48,906 nucleotides of DNA, taken from NCBI GenBank assembly GCA_965662845.1, contig CBFIJD010000023.1, positions 1 through 48,906 on the forward strand, read 5' to 3'. Position numbers and translations under genes: made by a program. Source of the DNA: an uncultured bacterium (lineage in GTDB: Bacteria > SAR324 > NAC60-12). Positions 47,902 to 48,906 of this stretch are shown piece by piece (positions within the stretch are counted from its first letter, which is position 1; each line of letters starts with the position of its first letter). Below the pieces are notes generated by a model. It was not told where the DNA came from. It saw only the letters and a list, made by a program, of their open reading frames with translations, and did no database searches.

Positions 47902-48481
47902 CCCATGGATCTCTCCAGTCGCCACTCCGATTGATCCCGTGACGGGGAACATTCCGGCGGCGACGCGGCACTATCAAAAAACGTTTGAACAACTGGAAGG
48001 GCGATATGCAGATCGGGATGCATACGCGGCGATGCTCCCCGCGTGGCGCGGCAAGGTGGTCTATGAAGTGTGGGAACACAAAGCCTCTACAATGACCGGT
48101 GACCTCATCTTTGGGACCAGCGTGATGCAGCCGGGGCGCGTCGGCGACGAATACTTCCTCACCTCTGGTCACCAACACCAGCTCCCCGATCGAGCCGAGA
48201 CATACTACTGCCTCTCTGGAACGGGAGTGATGCTGATGGAGAGCCCCGACGGAGAGATTGAAGTTCGCGAATGGACTCCGGGGATGGCGGTGTATGTCCC
48301 TCCATACTGGATTCATCGCAGCGTGAACACCGGGGCGGGCGTGCTGGTGACGCTCTTCAACTACTCCGCGGACTCTGGTCAAAACTATGAACTCATCGCG
48401 GAGCACGGCGGGATGCGCCAGCTAGTTGTGGCAGATGGAGCCGGCTGGAAGCTCACCGACAATCCGCACTATCAGCGCTGA
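47894..48481 (+). CDS. Cupin-type (archaeal-like) glucose-6-phosphate isomerase family protein
   Basis: PG.VG.EYFLTSGH.H, AETY..L.G.G.MLME, YVPPYWIHRSVNTG, Y.ADSGQNY. Confidence 0.8.
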   Translation: MPDPWISPVATPIDPVTGNIPAATRHYQKTFEQLEGRYADRDAYAAMLPAWRGKVVYEVWEHKASTMTGDLIFGTSVMQPGRVGDEYFLTSGHQHQLPDRAETYYCLSGTGVMLMESPDGEIEVREWTPGMAVYVPPYWIHRSVNTGAGVLVTLFNYSADSGQNYELIAEHGGMRQLVVADGAGWKLTDNPHYQR

Positions 48482-48820
48482 CACTCCCACGTCAACGTCC
48501 AAGACGAGCGCCACATCATCAAGCACTTGCAGCGCGCCGTCGCGGGCCGCGTCGGAGCCTTGGCCGATTTGCTCTACTCCGTCCAGAATGAACCGCAGGT
48601 GAAACGAGAACACGCGAGAGCGTTTGTGCACACCCAAGGCACCCGCGAGGTCAACATCGGCCTGTTCTGGGTGCTCAGTCTCGTCTTCATCGCCGCCTTC
48701 CGCGTCTATGCCATGAAGACCGGCAACTTGGCCGTGGTCGTGATCGCCTCGATGGTCTTGATCCTCATCATGCTCTTCCGGGGCTTCTTGCTCAAAGGCA
48801 TCAACGCCAGACGGGAGTAG
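48482..48820 (+). pseudogene. Probable 5'-truncated two-TM membrane protein fragment
   Basis: Open frame starts immediately after the PGI stop codon with no RBS/ATG; coding-like codon use; two hydrophobic helices near the C-terminus. Confidence 0.4.
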
Positions 48821-48823
48821 TCT

Positions 48824-48906
48824 GTGTTAGCCACCACACATCTCGCCTTCAACCACACCCTGTATCTGGGCACGTCGCTGCTGTTCAATCACACCGTCAC
48901 CGTACC
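48824..48906 (+). CDS. Partial gene, possible YdjM/DUF457-type membrane metal-dependent hydrolase
   Basis: GGGAG RBS then GTG start, MLATTHLAF... resembles the M..xTH N-terminus of this family; truncated by the window. Confidence 0.35.
   Translation, partial: MLATTHLAFNHTLYLGTSLLFNHTVTV

Noticed and set aside
11129..48406. Many long antisense and alternate-frame ORFs
   Set aside because: Shadow ORFs expected in GC-rich coding DNA; each overlaps a well-supported gene

Overview
Bacterial chromosomal window with three modules. (1) 1-9848: a complete type I-E CRISPR-Cas locus on the minus strand (cas3-cse1-cse2-cas7-cas5-cas6e-cas1-cas2-leader-array; 18 repeats visible, array runs off the left edge). 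The central third of cse1/cas8e is conspicuously low in GC, and the two newest repeats share a stem mutation. (2) 10.9-30.4 kb: a sigma54/AcoR-type catabolic unit with acoABXC, an SDR, DhaK/DhaL, a second TPP-dependent E1alpha/E1beta plus a lipoyl-alpha/beta-hydrolase, an FGGY kinase and a Tat-dependent sugar ABC transporter. A GTAG-type REP-like tandem array lies before the operon (10.3-10.9 kb). A palindrome cluster around an internally deleted IS200-like tnpA (27.6-28.5 kb) lies between the operon and the convergent acoR. (3) 30.8-48.5 kb: a long sugar/deoxy-sugar catabolic operon (xylose-isomerase-like enzyme, two PfkB kinases, RbsD/FucU, ABC transporter, DeoC, two-domain ALDH with eroded motifs, L-fucose/D-arabinose-type non-phosphorylative enzymes, shikimate-DH-like protein, cupin PGI). 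It ends in a headless membrane-protein fragment and a partial YdjM-like gene. Best candidates for something new: the double acyloin/ketol dehydrogenase + DhaKL + FGGY pathway and the mosaic Cas8e. All calls come from reading motifs by eye; no database search was run.
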